From a virus: a stretch of DNA of 64,000 nucleotides. Position 1 is the stretch's first letter. Each line of letters opens with the position of its first letter. Shown in pieces: positions 29,247 to 38,839 of this stretch. The notes beneath the pieces were generated by a model that did no database searches, was not told the origin of the DNA, and worked only from the letters and a program-made list of their open reading frames with translations. The stretch spans positions 15,636 to 79,635 of the IMG/VR virus record IMGVR_UViG_3300021197_001602, one strand, 5' to 3'. The position numbers and the translations under genes are program-made.

Positions 29247-29975
29247 ATGCCTAGGAAGAAGAAAGCAGACGAAGAAAAAGCAGTCGAAGAAGTAGCAACT
29301 TCTCAGGACGACAGCGTTGAAGAAGAAGTTGAAGAGAGAGAGGACAATCAAAAGTCCATCATCATGCTGCCACCTCTTATGGACTTGCTCGGCGGCGGCT
29401 CGGGCAGGGACAAGAAGATTCGCACAATCGGGTTGATTGGGGATGTAACAGAAGAGAAGGCTAGCGATGTCATCTATGGTCTGTTGACCTTGCGTGAAAC
29501 TGGTGTACGACAAGAGTTGGAAGACCCAACTGACCCTAACTCAGAAATCGTTGAGACATGCGAGCCAATGGAAATGATTATTTCCACTTACGGCGGCTCA
29601 GCAATGGACATGTTTGGCATTCATGACATGATGCGAAATGTGCGTGAAGAGTGTGAGATTCACACCGTAGGCATAGGCAAGGTAATGTCCGCAGGCGTAC
29701 TCATTCTTGCTTCGGGAACGAAGGGCAAGAGAAGAATCGGTAAGAACTGCCGTGTAATGATTCACTCGGTCGTGGGCGGCACACATGGTGCGATGCACAA
29801 CCTTGAAAACGAGATGGATGAAATTCGCTGGATACAAGAGAGGTATATTGAAACTCTTGTTCGTGAGTCAGACATGACAAAGGCTATGGTTCGCAAGATG
29901 CTTAATAGAAAAGTTAATATTTATCTCACTGCTGAACAAGCGGTAGAGTACGGAATTGCAGACGAGGTATTTTAA
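29247..29975 (+). CDS. clpP: ClpP-family protease
   Basis: ISTYGGS; GKVMSAG (Ser); MIHSV (His); YLTAEQAVEYGIAD. Confidence 0.9.
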   Translation: MPRKKKADEEKAVEEVATSQDDSVEEEVEEREDNQKSIIMLPPLMDLLGGGSGRDKKIRTIGLIGDVTEEKASDVIYGLLTLRETGVRQELEDPTDPNSEIVETCEPMEMIISTYGGSAMDMFGIHDMMRNVREECEIHTVGIGKVMSAGVLILASGTKGKRRIGKNCRVMIHSVVGGTHGAMHNLENEMDEIRWIQERYIETLVRESDMTKAMVRKMLNRKVNIYLTAEQAVEYGIADEVF

Positions 29976-29978
29976 ACA

Positions 29979-31568
29979 ATGGCTAACTGGAACTTGTTGG
30001 TTGAGAATTATTTTTCCAAGAAAGATATTCTAACCTTGGATAAGATTGATGACTTGGTGCTTGAGGTCTTGAAGGAGTCTACGACTCTTTATGAGGCTTC
30101 GAAGCGTGGCGTCGCCCATGATGATAAAATGGGCAAGGAAATTGTGAATCAAAAGGGTGACAAGCTTGTCCTTTCCGACTTTGCATTCATCCAAATTGGT
30201 CAAGACGGGGTTGAAGACGCAGAGGCGCTGGGTAGAAAGGTTGAAGATATTATCTCTTCAGCAGGAATGGAAGTTCTCTACCAGCACCCAGAGGTGCCAA
30301 CCCGTTCTCACAAGGCTGCAATCTTAGTCTCCGCCGCCGATGATAGTGATAAGAAGTTCGCTTTTGTAAAATATACTTCTAGCAGTTCTTTGTGGAGGGA
30401 GGTCGACTTTGAAAAGGCGACGGGCTTTTCTATGAAGGGCACTCAATCTTCAAAGGAGATTCTAGCACTAGGTCCACAGACTCTGATAGGGACTGATGCT
30501 GAAATTACCATCACTAATCTGCCTACGGTCGTTGCAAAGAATGCCTCTGCATCCTCTGCAATTCCAGCCCCGTTTACCGAATCTTTAGGTGTGTTCTTTG
30601 ATAATGTTTATTCAAAATCGGGGGATGCAGTCCTTGCATTTGAGTCGTCAGAGCAAAGAGACAACAGTCTGTCTTCTGTAAATAAGTATTTTGGAGAGAT
30701 TATGGCACCAGCGCTCTTGGGGATAAATTATAAACTCCAGCCCGATGCCGTCATCTTGGATGCCCAAAAGAATCTTCTTGAGCCATTTGGTTTGACTTGG
30801 GCAGATTCTACTGCGGTCAGCTACCCACAAGCTCCCCAGAACCCACTGGTGGACAGCTATCTCCACCTTGGCGACAGGAAGATAGGAGTAAGCTCGAAGA
30901 GTGGTAAGGGTGCGAACCCAAGTGTCAAGAATTTATACTCAATGATATTTGATGAAGCCAGCGAGGAGCAGCGACAGCAATTGCGTGAAGCAGGTTACGG
31001 AGATTATGTTGACCTAGTGAAGCTGCTCACAGAAAGCTCATCAAAGCTTGGACCAATAAGGGCAGCCGTTAAGTTGGGAATTTTGACAGAAGCAGCCGCA
31101 CAAGAAGCCGTTGATGTAATCAAAAACAAGATTGGTGTACAGGAAGTGAATGTCTCGGATGAGTTGGAAAAAATAAGCTCTTTCCATACTCCCCTTCGAC
31201 GCATGAAGCTTGGAGTTAATCAGGTTAAATCTTTAGACTCAGATGCTCAGAGCAAAATTGTTAAGACTTATAGCCCAGCCAATCATTTGGTGGCTGGTAT
31301 TGCTAAAGCCGTAGCGGCTCAGATTAACGCAGAAGAATCAGCACAAGGCGGCGGCAAGAAGTTCACAGCCTTTGGAAAAGCAGTGTTTAACTTTTCCACG
31401 ATGGTTCAGATTTATGGGAAGTTCAGCAAAGCTGGAGAGGCAGCTACCGTCATGAATGATTTCAGGATTATCTATCCTCCTAATTTTGATGGAGAGATGC
31501 TTCTGGACGCAGGCAAGGGTTATACCTCCAGTGGGCAGAACGATAAACTTACAGTTAAATTAAAATAA
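29979..31568 (+). CDS. Hypothetical protein, possible PD-(D/E)xK-like domain
   Basis: NPLVDSYL...IGVSSKSGKG; N-terminus WNLLVENYF. Confidence 0.5.
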   Translation: MANWNLLVENYFSKKDILTLDKIDDLVLEVLKESTTLYEASKRGVAHDDKMGKEIVNQKGDKLVLSDFAFIQIGQDGVEDAEALGRKVEDIISSAGMEVLYQHPEVPTRSHKAAILVSAADDSDKKFAFVKYTSSSSLWREVDFEKATGFSMKGTQSSKEILALGPQTLIGTDAEITITNLPTVVAKNASASSAIPAPFTESLGVFFDNVYSKSGDAVLAFESSEQRDNSLSSVNKYFGEIMAPALLGINYKLQPDAVILDAQKNLLEPFGLTWADSTAVSYPQAPQNPLVDSYLHLGDRKIGVSSKSGKGANPSVKNLYSMIFDEASEEQRQQLREAGYGDYVDLVKLLTESSSKLGPIRAAVKLGILTEAAAQEAVDVIKNKIGVQEVNVSDELEKISSFHTPLRRMKLGVNQVKSLDSDAQSKIVKTYSPANHLVAGIAKAVAAQINAEESAQGGGKKFTAFGKAVFNFSTMVQIYGKFSKAGEAATVMNDFRIIYPPNFDGEMLLDAGKGYTSSGQNDKLTVKLK

Positions 31569-31571
31569 TTC

Positions 31572-31600
31572 TTTACAAGCGCCCCAGCTTGTGTTATATT
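31572..31600 (+). promoter_or_regulatory. sigma70-type promoter of groEL
   Basis: TTTACA-17-TATATT with TG extension. Confidence 0.65.
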
Positions 31601-31632
31601 GTACATACTTAAAATATCTTACTGGAGGATAA

Positions 31633-33213
31633 ATGAGCAAGGTATATGATTCTAACCTATCGTTAATTAAAAAAATCGCTACAGGTGTCAACAGTTTGGC
31701 TGACAATGTAGGCGCAACACTTGGACCAAAAGGTCGCAATGTTATTTTACAAAAGGCTGGAGAAAGACCAGTCATTACAAAGGATGGCGTAACTGTTGCG
31801 TCTTTTGTTTCCTTTGAAGACCCCTTTGAGAACCTTGGTGCTCAGGTCGTCAAGCAAGCCTCACAGGTTACTGCTGACGAAGCTGGCGACGGCACAACGA
31901 CATCTACGATGGTTGCTAGAGGCATCGTCGAGGGTGCCACAAGGCACTTGATTGCTGGAGTCTCCCCTATAGAAATTAAGAGAGGCATTGACAAGACTAC
32001 AGAATCTCTTCTGGAGCACCTCTCTGATGAGGCAACGCCTCTTAAGTCTTTTGAGCAAGTTAATCATGTTGCAGTTGTTTCTGCCAATGGCGACCAGAAG
32101 CTCGGTGGCTTAATCGCTCAAGCGGTCGACCAAGTTGGGAAACACGGTGCGATTACAATCGAGCCAGCAAACTCTCACGAGACAACGCTTGAGCTTATCG
32201 AAGGGTTCCAGTTCGATGCTGGATATTTATCAAATACTTTCGTCACTGATAGGCGGCGGTGGACGATGCGACAAGAGAATGCATTGGTCTTGGTTTACGA
32301 TGGAACCATATCAGCAGTGGAAGAGATTTTCCCAGTTCTTCAGATTGTAGCGAGGGAAGGTCGAGCGCTGACCGTGGTTGCAGAGGATGTAAAAGACCAG
32401 GCTCTTGCAGCTTTGATTGCCAATGTTTCTCGTGGCTCAATGAAGGTCGCAGCGATTAAAGCCCCAGGATACGGAGAGGAGCGCCGAGCCTGTCTATCAG
32501 ACTTGGCTCTATCGACTGGAGCGACCTTCGTTGGTCCAGCCAACGGAGTTACACTGACAAATACTAAGTTAAGTGACTTGGGAACTTGCGCCACAATTGA
32601 GGCAAAGAAGAATTGGTCAACCTTCGTCGGCGGCAAAGGCGACGGCGATGCAATTGAGCAAAGAATTGAAGAGTTAAAAGAAGAAATCAAACAAACTCCT
32701 TCAATGAAAGAATGTGAAGCGATTCAGAGACGAATTAATCGACTCGCCAGCGGGATTGGAATCATCAAGGTTGGTGGCACAACTGAGGTCGAAATGATGG
32801 AAGCTCTGCACAGGGCTGACGATGCCCTTAAGGCGGTTAAGTCTGCTCAAGAGCAGGGTGTTACCCTTGGTGGCGGCATGGCTCTTCTAAGGGCTGCTGT
32901 GACTGTTGAGGCGAACCCTACGACAGCACTCACCCAAGCTGAGCTTGTTGGGCGTCAGATTGTCATTGATGCCTGTAAAGAACCAATCCGCCAGATGTGT
33001 GCCAATGCAGGTACTTCCGCCGATGTCATGATTAAAACCTTGACAGAGGTCGAGGACGGCTATGGATACGACTTTGCAACTGGTGCTGTAGTTAATATGC
33101 TGGAGTCTGGAATTATTGACCCAGTAAAAGTAACAAAAACTGCCCTTACGAATGCTGTGTCCGCAGCGGGCATACTTATTACAACTTCTCACGGGATTGT
33201 TGAGACAAATTGA
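31633..33213 (+). CDS. groEL: Chaperonin GroEL
   Basis: TLGPKGRNV; ITKDGVTVA; AGDGTTT; KAPGYG; GIIDPVKV; no GGM tail. Confidence 0.96.
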   Translation: MSKVYDSNLSLIKKIATGVNSLADNVGATLGPKGRNVILQKAGERPVITKDGVTVASFVSFEDPFENLGAQVVKQASQVTADEAGDGTTTSTMVARGIVEGATRHLIAGVSPIEIKRGIDKTTESLLEHLSDEATPLKSFEQVNHVAVVSANGDQKLGGLIAQAVDQVGKHGAITIEPANSHETTLELIEGFQFDAGYLSNTFVTDRRRWTMRQENALVLVYDGTISAVEEIFPVLQIVAREGRALTVVAEDVKDQALAALIANVSRGSMKVAAIKAPGYGEERRACLSDLALSTGATFVGPANGVTLTNTKLSDLGTCATIEAKKNWSTFVGGKGDGDAIEQRIEELKEEIKQTPSMKECEAIQRRINRLASGIGIIKVGGTTEVEMMEALHRADDALKAVKSAQEQGVTLGGGMALLRAAVTVEANPTTALTQAELVGRQIVIDACKEPIRQMCANAGTSADVMIKTLTEVEDGYGYDFATGAVVNMLESGIIDPVKVTKTALTNAVSAAGILITTSHGIVETN

Positions 33214-33276
33214 TGACCTTGTAACTATTTACTCAGGAATGAGGGTTACTAATCATTCGTTTGGGGGGTAGTAAAT

Positions 33277-33726
33277 ATGAAGGATAATATGAACGAGGAG
33301 AGTCACATCTCTCAGCAATTATCAGAAGTGTTGCGCCAACTTGGTAACATGCGTGAGGAAGTCGGAGATGTGCGTGAGCAGGTCGACGCTACCAAGAGTC
33401 ATCCTTCTCAAAATGGTGGCTGGGATGGGCTCATGGAGCTTGTCAAGAAGACCCACGACCACCTTGAGAAGATTGACCGACGCTTAGATGTGATGGAGCA
33501 CACCTTGAACAATCCCCAGGAAGGGGCGATTGCACAGGTAAAAGAACTGAGAGAGTGGAGAGAGCGAGCTAACGCAACTCTCGATGGAAACCGAATGCAG
33601 GATGAGCGACTCCTTCGCTTGGAATTGCAACTACAAATCTATAACAAGGTCACTTGGGCAATCGGTCTTGGTGTATTGGGCTTGCTTGTCAAGGCTTTTA
33701 TGTCACTTATCGTACCAGGAGCTTGA
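33277..33726 (+). CDS. Coiled-coil protein with C-terminal TM helix
   Basis: Heptad-like body; VTWAIGLGVLGLLVKAFM. Confidence 0.55.
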   Translation: MKDNMNEESHISQQLSEVLRQLGNMREEVGDVREQVDATKSHPSQNGGWDGLMELVKKTHDHLEKIDRRLDVMEHTLNNPQEGAIAQVKELREWRERANATLDGNRMQDERLLRLELQLQIYNKVTWAIGLGVLGLLVKAFMSLIVPGA

Positions 33727-33754
33727 AATATTAAATAAAAAGCTAACTTTTCTC

Positions 33755-33783
33755 TTGACAAGTACTGCCGATAATGGTATATT
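33755..33783 (+). promoter_or_regulatory. sigma70-type promoter
   Basis: TTGACA-17-TATATT with TG extension. Confidence 0.75.
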
Positions 33784-33861
33784 ATGTATGTTGGATGGGA
33801 GAGTTGTCTAAGCGGTGAATGAACAAGTCGATATTAGCGGCAAAAAAAGTTCAAATAAAGC

Positions 33862-33890
33862 TTGACAAACAAGGTCATTTAGGCTATATT
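33862..33890 (+). promoter_or_regulatory. sigma70-type promoter
   Basis: TTGACA-17-TATATT after A-tract. Confidence 0.8.
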
Positions 33891-33915
33891 TAGTATGTGA
33901 GATGGAGGTTTTACC

Positions 33916-34695
33916 ATGAGTACACTTCGTAAAAGACTTGAAGCGCTGGTTGCCAACCCTAGGCTTAAGGCTAGCGGTCGTGATTTGCAGTTTGCAGAGT
34001 CGCTTCTGGCATATTATGAGCGAACTGGTCGCTTGACTAGTGGTCGCCGAAGCTGGATTGATAAGTTGGAAACTAAATATGCTGCTGATGCACCTGACAT
34101 GAGCGACCAAACGCTCGGCTCCCGCATCGATGCGGTCTTGCCGAAAACCGACCCAAGGTCATGGGACCGTGGCTTCCTTGAGAGTCTGCAAGAGCAAAAC
34201 CGAACTCGTGGCTCACTCAGCGCCCGCCAGATTCAGATTCTAGAGAAGATTGAAGACAATCATTCAGAAGAAGTCATCGCTCGCCGAGCTACTTGGGCGG
34301 ATGATTATGATGCCGCCCATGCTGAGCGTATGAAGGTCGCTGCTGCATATTATGCCGCCAACCCTCCGTACTTTGGTGACCTTGCTCACAGTGTCCTCAA
34401 TGTTGAGGGGTTCGTCCCGACCGAAAAGCAGTACCGCTCGCTGACTGAGAACAAGTATGCAGCTAAAGTGATTGCGTCGCACTTCGCCGAGCCATCGTTT
34501 CCAGTTGGCTCCAAGGTTGAGTGGCGCTCCTCTGCGGGCGCTCGGTACCGTGGCATGAAGGGCTTTGTGATGAAGGTCGATGCCAAGCCAGTCACTAATG
34601 CGGCTCGTGGCACCAAGGTATACATGGTCTTGCCCGTTGGTGCGGCAGTTCCCGTCTTCGCTGAAGAGCGACACCTCAAGCGAGGTCGATTCTAA
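33916..34695 (+). CDS. Early hypothetical protein with C-terminal SH3-like domain
   Basis: RBS GGAGG; two related helical repeats; FPVGSKVEW...KGFVMKV. Confidence 0.65.
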   Translation: MSTLRKRLEALVANPRLKASGRDLQFAESLLAYYERTGRLTSGRRSWIDKLETKYAADAPDMSDQTLGSRIDAVLPKTDPRSWDRGFLESLQEQNRTRGSLSARQIQILEKIEDNHSEEVIARRATWADDYDAAHAERMKVAAAYYAANPPYFGDLAHSVLNVEGFVPTEKQYRSLTENKYAAKVIASHFAEPSFPVGSKVEWRSSAGARYRGMKGFVMKVDAKPVTNAARGTKVYMVLPVGAAVPVFAEERHLKRGRF

Positions 34696-34775
34696 ATAAA
34701 ATTATTGATTAACAGTGTGCACCATAGGGTGTATACTTGTATATAAATATAAATATAGTTTTGGAGTAAAACCAA

Positions 34776-35222
34776 ATGCGAGTAAACATACAATACACGG
34801 TAGAGGTGGAACAGATTCCCGAAGAGATGAAAAGGCTCTTGGAATATTCAGTTGTCCGCCAGCTTAGAGAAGCAGCAGATAGGGTTCATCGTATGGACAC
34901 CACAGCGGCTTACCAGTCGCTACTATCTGAGATAGAGTCGATAAGGGGGCTCTTGTTACAGTCCGATGAACGACTTTCAGATATTGAAGGCATCATGAGG
35001 GGCTATCATGCCCAGCAAACATCTCAGGTTTATCCTGAAGCAGAGCCAGTGACTGCCCCTACGGGCGTCGACCCACCAACGCAGCTACCAGTTGACGAGT
35101 CCTCAATGGGAGTGATTCAAGCTCGCTTGGCGGAACATAAGATGGAGACTGATGCGCTCAAGAGAACATTCCAAAACTGGGGTGTGGGTGACGACTCTAC
35201 CGATGAAGAGGGGGGCAAATGA
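34776..35222 (+). CDS. Hypothetical protein
   Basis: RBS GGAG; coiled-coil. Confidence 0.6.
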   Translation: MRVNIQYTVEVEQIPEEMKRLLEYSVVRQLREAADRVHRMDTTAAYQSLLSEIESIRGLLLQSDERLSDIEGIMRGYHAQQTSQVYPEAEPVTAPTGVDPPTQLPVDESSMGVIQARLAEHKMETDALKRTFQNWGVGDDSTDEEGGK

Positions 35223-35488
35223 TTACCCCTGATTATGTAGAGAAAGGTCGACTAGTTTATATTCCATCGGGCTCAACACTGATAGTTCGTGATGATGATG
35301 CAACGGGTTTTTATATAGAACGCTATGTAAAAATAGAAAAGCCAGCAAATTGCATAATCATGTCGAGCGAGGTAAAGAACAACTTGTGTGAGATTTTATA
35401 TTGTGGAAAATTGTGGCATGTTAAAGTTTCTGAAGCATACGCAGTGTATGGTGAAGACTATAAAATAAAAGGAGAAAGCGCATGTTAG
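35219..35488 (+). CDS. Hypothetical protein (possible SH3-like)
   Basis: EKGRLVYIP...EILYCGKLWHV; ATGA overlap. Confidence 0.55.
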   Translation: MITPDYVEKGRLVYIPSGSTLIVRDDDATGFYIERYVKIEKPANCIIMSSEVKNNLCEILYCGKLWHVKVSEAYAVYGEDYKIKGESAC

Positions 35489-35796
35489 TAACTCTTGTAG
35501 AAGTTGTAGAACAAAGGCAACAATACACAAACTCCGCCGAGAGGCTAAAGGCTTACAACCTCAGAGAGGTCACAGTTAATCCTGACCATGTTGTATGCTT
35601 GCGAGAAGACCACCAGATGTTAAAGATGCTTAGTGAAGGGTATCTTCCAGAAGACATCGATGGTCGCCAACAGTTCACGAGGCTGTACCTCGATAGAGGT
35701 CAATCTGGCATTGACATTACGGTTGTTGGCAGTGTCCAGACCGTAAAAGCCAGCCTCGGGGTGAATGCAGGCAATCGTGAGGTGCTCAATGGGTGA
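35482..35796 (+). CDS. Hypothetical protein
   Basis: RBS AAGGAG; VTVNPDHVVCLRE. Confidence 0.6.
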   Translation: MLVTLVEVVEQRQQYTNSAERLKAYNLREVTVNPDHVVCLREDHQMLKMLSEGYLPEDIDGRQQFTRLYLDRGQSGIDITVVGSVQTVKASLGVNAGNREVLNG

Positions 35797-36073
35797 TGCA
35801 AGGTTTGAAATAGTTGCCTGGGATGGTTGCCCTTGGTGTGCGAAAGCATATGACCTGTTGAAGACTGAGGGATATGCGGTATCGATGGTCCTGCTAGAGC
35901 GTGATAGCCAGCAACTTAATGAGGCAAAGGCTTCACGACAGTGGCAGACGGTTCCGATGGTTACTCAATATGTTGCTTCCGACGAAGGCTCCGAGGAGGA
36001 GTTGTTCATAGGGGGTTACACAGACTTGTGCTCTCATTTGATGAGAGTAAAGGGGGAAAAGGAAGTTGGCTAA
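35789..36073 (+). CDS. Glutaredoxin
   Basis: GCPWC; TVP; FIGGYTDL. Confidence 0.88.
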   Translation: MGDARFEIVAWDGCPWCAKAYDLLKTEGYAVSMVLLERDSQQLNEAKASRQWQTVPMVTQYVASDEGSEEELFIGGYTDLCSHLMRVKGEKEVG

Positions 36074-36572
36074 GGCAGCGAAGAAGGAGAAGTTTCACTT
36101 TGATGTTTCAGGTTTGACACCACTTGAGTGTACCTTGCTTAAGCAGACGGAGTTCTTAGGCTATCATAATCGAGATGAAGAGGTTGAATATAGAGAAGGA
36201 AAATATCACGGGTCTATGTTTTGGGAGGTTGATGAATTCGGCTCAAAAAAGTGGGTTGTCTGCGTTCGAATCGCAGTTGATTGGGAAAAGCACTTTGCCG
36301 ATGGAGCCACCAAACAGGAGCTTTTCGGCAGATGTATTGCTCATCTGAATCTTCCGCCAAAGCGAAAGAAGTTTCAACGACGCCAAACAAAACCGAGATA
36401 TGGAAAGCTGTCCCCAGTGTCTCATTGGATTTATCCAAAAGAAGAGGACGGTGTAAAATATTTGTCTGCCCTCGTGATTACCGACAAGAAGCGATGCCGT
36501 TACTTCTTCGGACAAGGACCAGCAAACCTAACCATGAAGTCTGTCAGAAGAATGCGACAGAAGAGGGATTAA
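36066..36572 (+). CDS. Hypothetical basic protein
   Basis: Packed ORF, TTG start. Confidence 0.55.
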   Translation: MAKAAKKEKFHFDVSGLTPLECTLLKQTEFLGYHNRDEEVEYREGKYHGSMFWEVDEFGSKKWVVCVRIAVDWEKHFADGATKQELFGRCIAHLNLPPKRKKFQRRQTKPRYGKLSPVSHWIYPKEEDGVKYLSALVITDKKRCRYFFGQGPANLTMKSVRRMRQKRD

Positions 36573-36581
36573 AATTAAAAG

Positions 36582-36959
36582 ATGTCAGATGAAAAGCTAT
36601 ATGTTATACCAGCAGGCTCGCTTGAAAAGATAAGAGAAGAGTTGCTGGAGTTAAAGACCACCTCAAGCTGTCTTTTAAAATACTATGCTGAACTCAGAGA
36701 GGTTGATGCATGGGATAATTCCCCAATCATTCACTTGTGCGAGCTTTATTGTGGAAGCTCCTCAATGGACGGACTGCTTACGACCCTCAGCGAAGACCCT
36801 GGTGTGGAAGTACCACAGCAATACTTGGATATGATTGCAGACGGAGATGTTGTTATTAGCAATGCTGATTATGTTGCCATACTGACGCTCTTGGAGTCTT
36901 TGAGGAATCTCAAGTCGAGCACTGCAACCAACTATGGCATTTCTTTTGAGGTGCACTGA
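36582..36959 (+). CDS. Hypothetical protein
   Basis: Packed ORF. Confidence 0.55.
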   Translation: MSDEKLYVIPAGSLEKIREELLELKTTSSCLLKYYAELREVDAWDNSPIIHLCELYCGSSSMDGLLTTLSEDPGVEVPQQYLDMIADGDVVISNADYVAILTLLESLRNLKSSTATNYGISFEVH

Positions 36960-37888
36960 TGAACGCCCACGAGAGGTTCAAGGAGTACGCTGGTGATAAG
37001 TGCTGGCAAGCTCACATTTCTGATGTTAACAGAGAAACTGATTTGGAACTGGCAGGCTTAACTGCGCAAAAAACTTCTCAGCTAAAAGTCTCAGATTTTG
37101 AATTTGAATATGTTCCCAAAGAGGACAAGCTTGTTTGCTCTGAGATTAGGCGGTTCATCGAACGACACGAGTGGCTGGGCAAGATGCCAATTTGGTCCAC
37201 TCACAGGTTCACTGCTCGACTTAAGGGTTGCGGCACTTTGGCTGGTACCATTGTTATGGCGACCCCATATACTTTCTCAAACCTCCTAGGCAGGGAAAAC
37301 CGAGGCAAAGAGAAGCTAATTGCAAGGGGTGCGTGTATTTCCTGGTCACCTAAAAACCTTGGCTCATGGTTGATAATGCAGTCTGTGCGTTGGATGGTAC
37401 AACACACTGAGTTTAGATTCTTTACAGCCTATAGCGACCCTGAAGCGAAAGAGCTTGGCACACTCTATCAGGCTTGTAACTTCCATTACCTTGGGCAGAA
37501 GTTTGGCACGGGTAATCAATACTTAGACCCAGCCAATCCAGACCGTGGGTGGTTTGGTGCTTCGGGCTTCAGCGATAGAAGTCAAATTGTGCGATATGCA
37601 AAGCAATTGGGCATGACATGGCAGCCCGAGTGGTACAAGTATGTGGGCTCGAAAAAGAATTATCGCAAGGTAGACTGGAAGGCTATTCCCGAGAAGGAAG
37701 CCGCCATGCTGAAGCAGGCAAGAAAAGACCATCGTGCCCGCTGTCAGCAACGACCATCACCTTCGAAACATAAGTATGTTTATATTCTCGGTACCAGCAA
37801 GCGAGAAACTAAAGTATTGTTGAAGAAGTTTGAAGAAAACAACCCAAAGAAGATTGATTTAGAATATCCAAGAGCACGAGGAGTTTGA
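36959..37888 (+). CDS. Mom-like GNAT-fold DNA modification protein
   Basis: FIERHEWLG; PKNLGSWLI; AYSDPEAKELGTLYQACNFHYLG. Confidence 0.7.
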   Translation: MNAHERFKEYAGDKCWQAHISDVNRETDLELAGLTAQKTSQLKVSDFEFEYVPKEDKLVCSEIRRFIERHEWLGKMPIWSTHRFTARLKGCGTLAGTIVMATPYTFSNLLGRENRGKEKLIARGACISWSPKNLGSWLIMQSVRWMVQHTEFRFFTAYSDPEAKELGTLYQACNFHYLGQKFGTGNQYLDPANPDRGWFGASGFSDRSQIVRYAKQLGMTWQPEWYKYVGSKKNYRKVDWKAIPEKEAAMLKQARKDHRARCQQRPSPSKHKYVYILGTSKRETKVLLKKFEENNPKKIDLEYPRARGV

Positions 37889-38041
37889 ACTCATGCTCCT
37901 TCTTAATTATTGTGGACATTTACATAAAATCCAAAAAAGTTGAAAAAAAATAGCATTTATCGACAAACACCTTTTTGTGCGAGACAGAACTATTTATTGA
38001 GTGAATTAATAACAGATTCCCCGTGAGAGGAGACTTACAAT

Positions 38042-38437
38042 ATGAGTGAAGATAATGACGAAAAGTCTTTACAAGCAGAAGAACAAGAGAAAGAGAAGGC
38101 AGCGCAAGACGAATTGCTCCCTTCCGCACCACCCAAGCTGGCAGCCCGAGGTATTCGAACATTCACTGTTGCAAGGCGATTCGATGAGTCTGGCGTGTCG
38201 GGCACTGGTGTTGTCATCGAAGGCGTTGTATTGGCAACTGGTCAGTGTATTGTCCACTGGCTCTACCCGCCGCCCCGTGGTGGCATCGCAATCTTTGATT
38301 CAATGAACGACTTTATCAAGGTCCACATCGGTCCACACCCAGCAAACAAAACAATCATCACTTACCAAGACGGTGAACAGCAAACATTTGGGAATGATGA
38401 TGAAGCCACACCTGAAACTCAAAACGAGGTAGAATAA
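38042..38437 (+). CDS. Hypothetical phage protein
   Basis: RBS GAGGAG; DESGVSGTGVVIEGV. Confidence 0.65.
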   Translation: MSEDNDEKSLQAEEQEKEKAAQDELLPSAPPKLAARGIRTFTVARRFDESGVSGTGVVIEGVVLATGQCIVHWLYPPPRGGIAIFDSMNDFIKVHIGPHPANKTIITYQDGEQQTFGNDDEATPETQNEVE

Positions 38438-38839
38438 ATGCAGAGTCTTATAAAAAACCTACGCCCGATTTATATCGAGGAATCTAAATTTCCAGTCTGG
38501 CTGAGCAAGCTGGTCCCTATCGAGGTGAACGCCGTGAGTATCGGACCCTTTGTATGGTGCCGAGGTATATTATCTACCACTACAAAGCGCCACGAGTGTA
38601 TTCATTTTCACCAGCAGCTAGAATTATTGTTTGTAGGTCAGTGGATTTTGTACGGTTTGAGCTATTTATATAATAGGATTATAAAGAGGATGGATGGTCC
38701 TACAGCCTATCGATTTAATGTGTTCGAAGTAGAAGCATATACTCATGAATCGACAGTACATTACTTAAGAGACAGAAAGACCTTTGCTTGGGTCAAATAT
38801 ATAAAGGGAAATAAAGAAGATGAAGCTCAAAGATTTTAA
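38438..38839 (+). CDS. Zincin-like HExxH protein
   Basis: RHECIHFHQQ...FEVEAY. Confidence 0.6.
   Translation: MQSLIKNLRPIYIEESKFPVWLSKLVPIEVNAVSIGPFVWCRGILSTTTKRHECIHFHQQLELLFVGQWILYGLSYLYNRIIKRMDGPTAYRFNVFEVEAYTHESTVHYLRDRKTFAWVKYIKGNKEDEAQRF

Noticed and set aside
34742-34755. T4-type late promoter TATAAATA (two overlapping copies)
   Set aside because: Single AT-rich locus; I did not see it recur upstream of other genes
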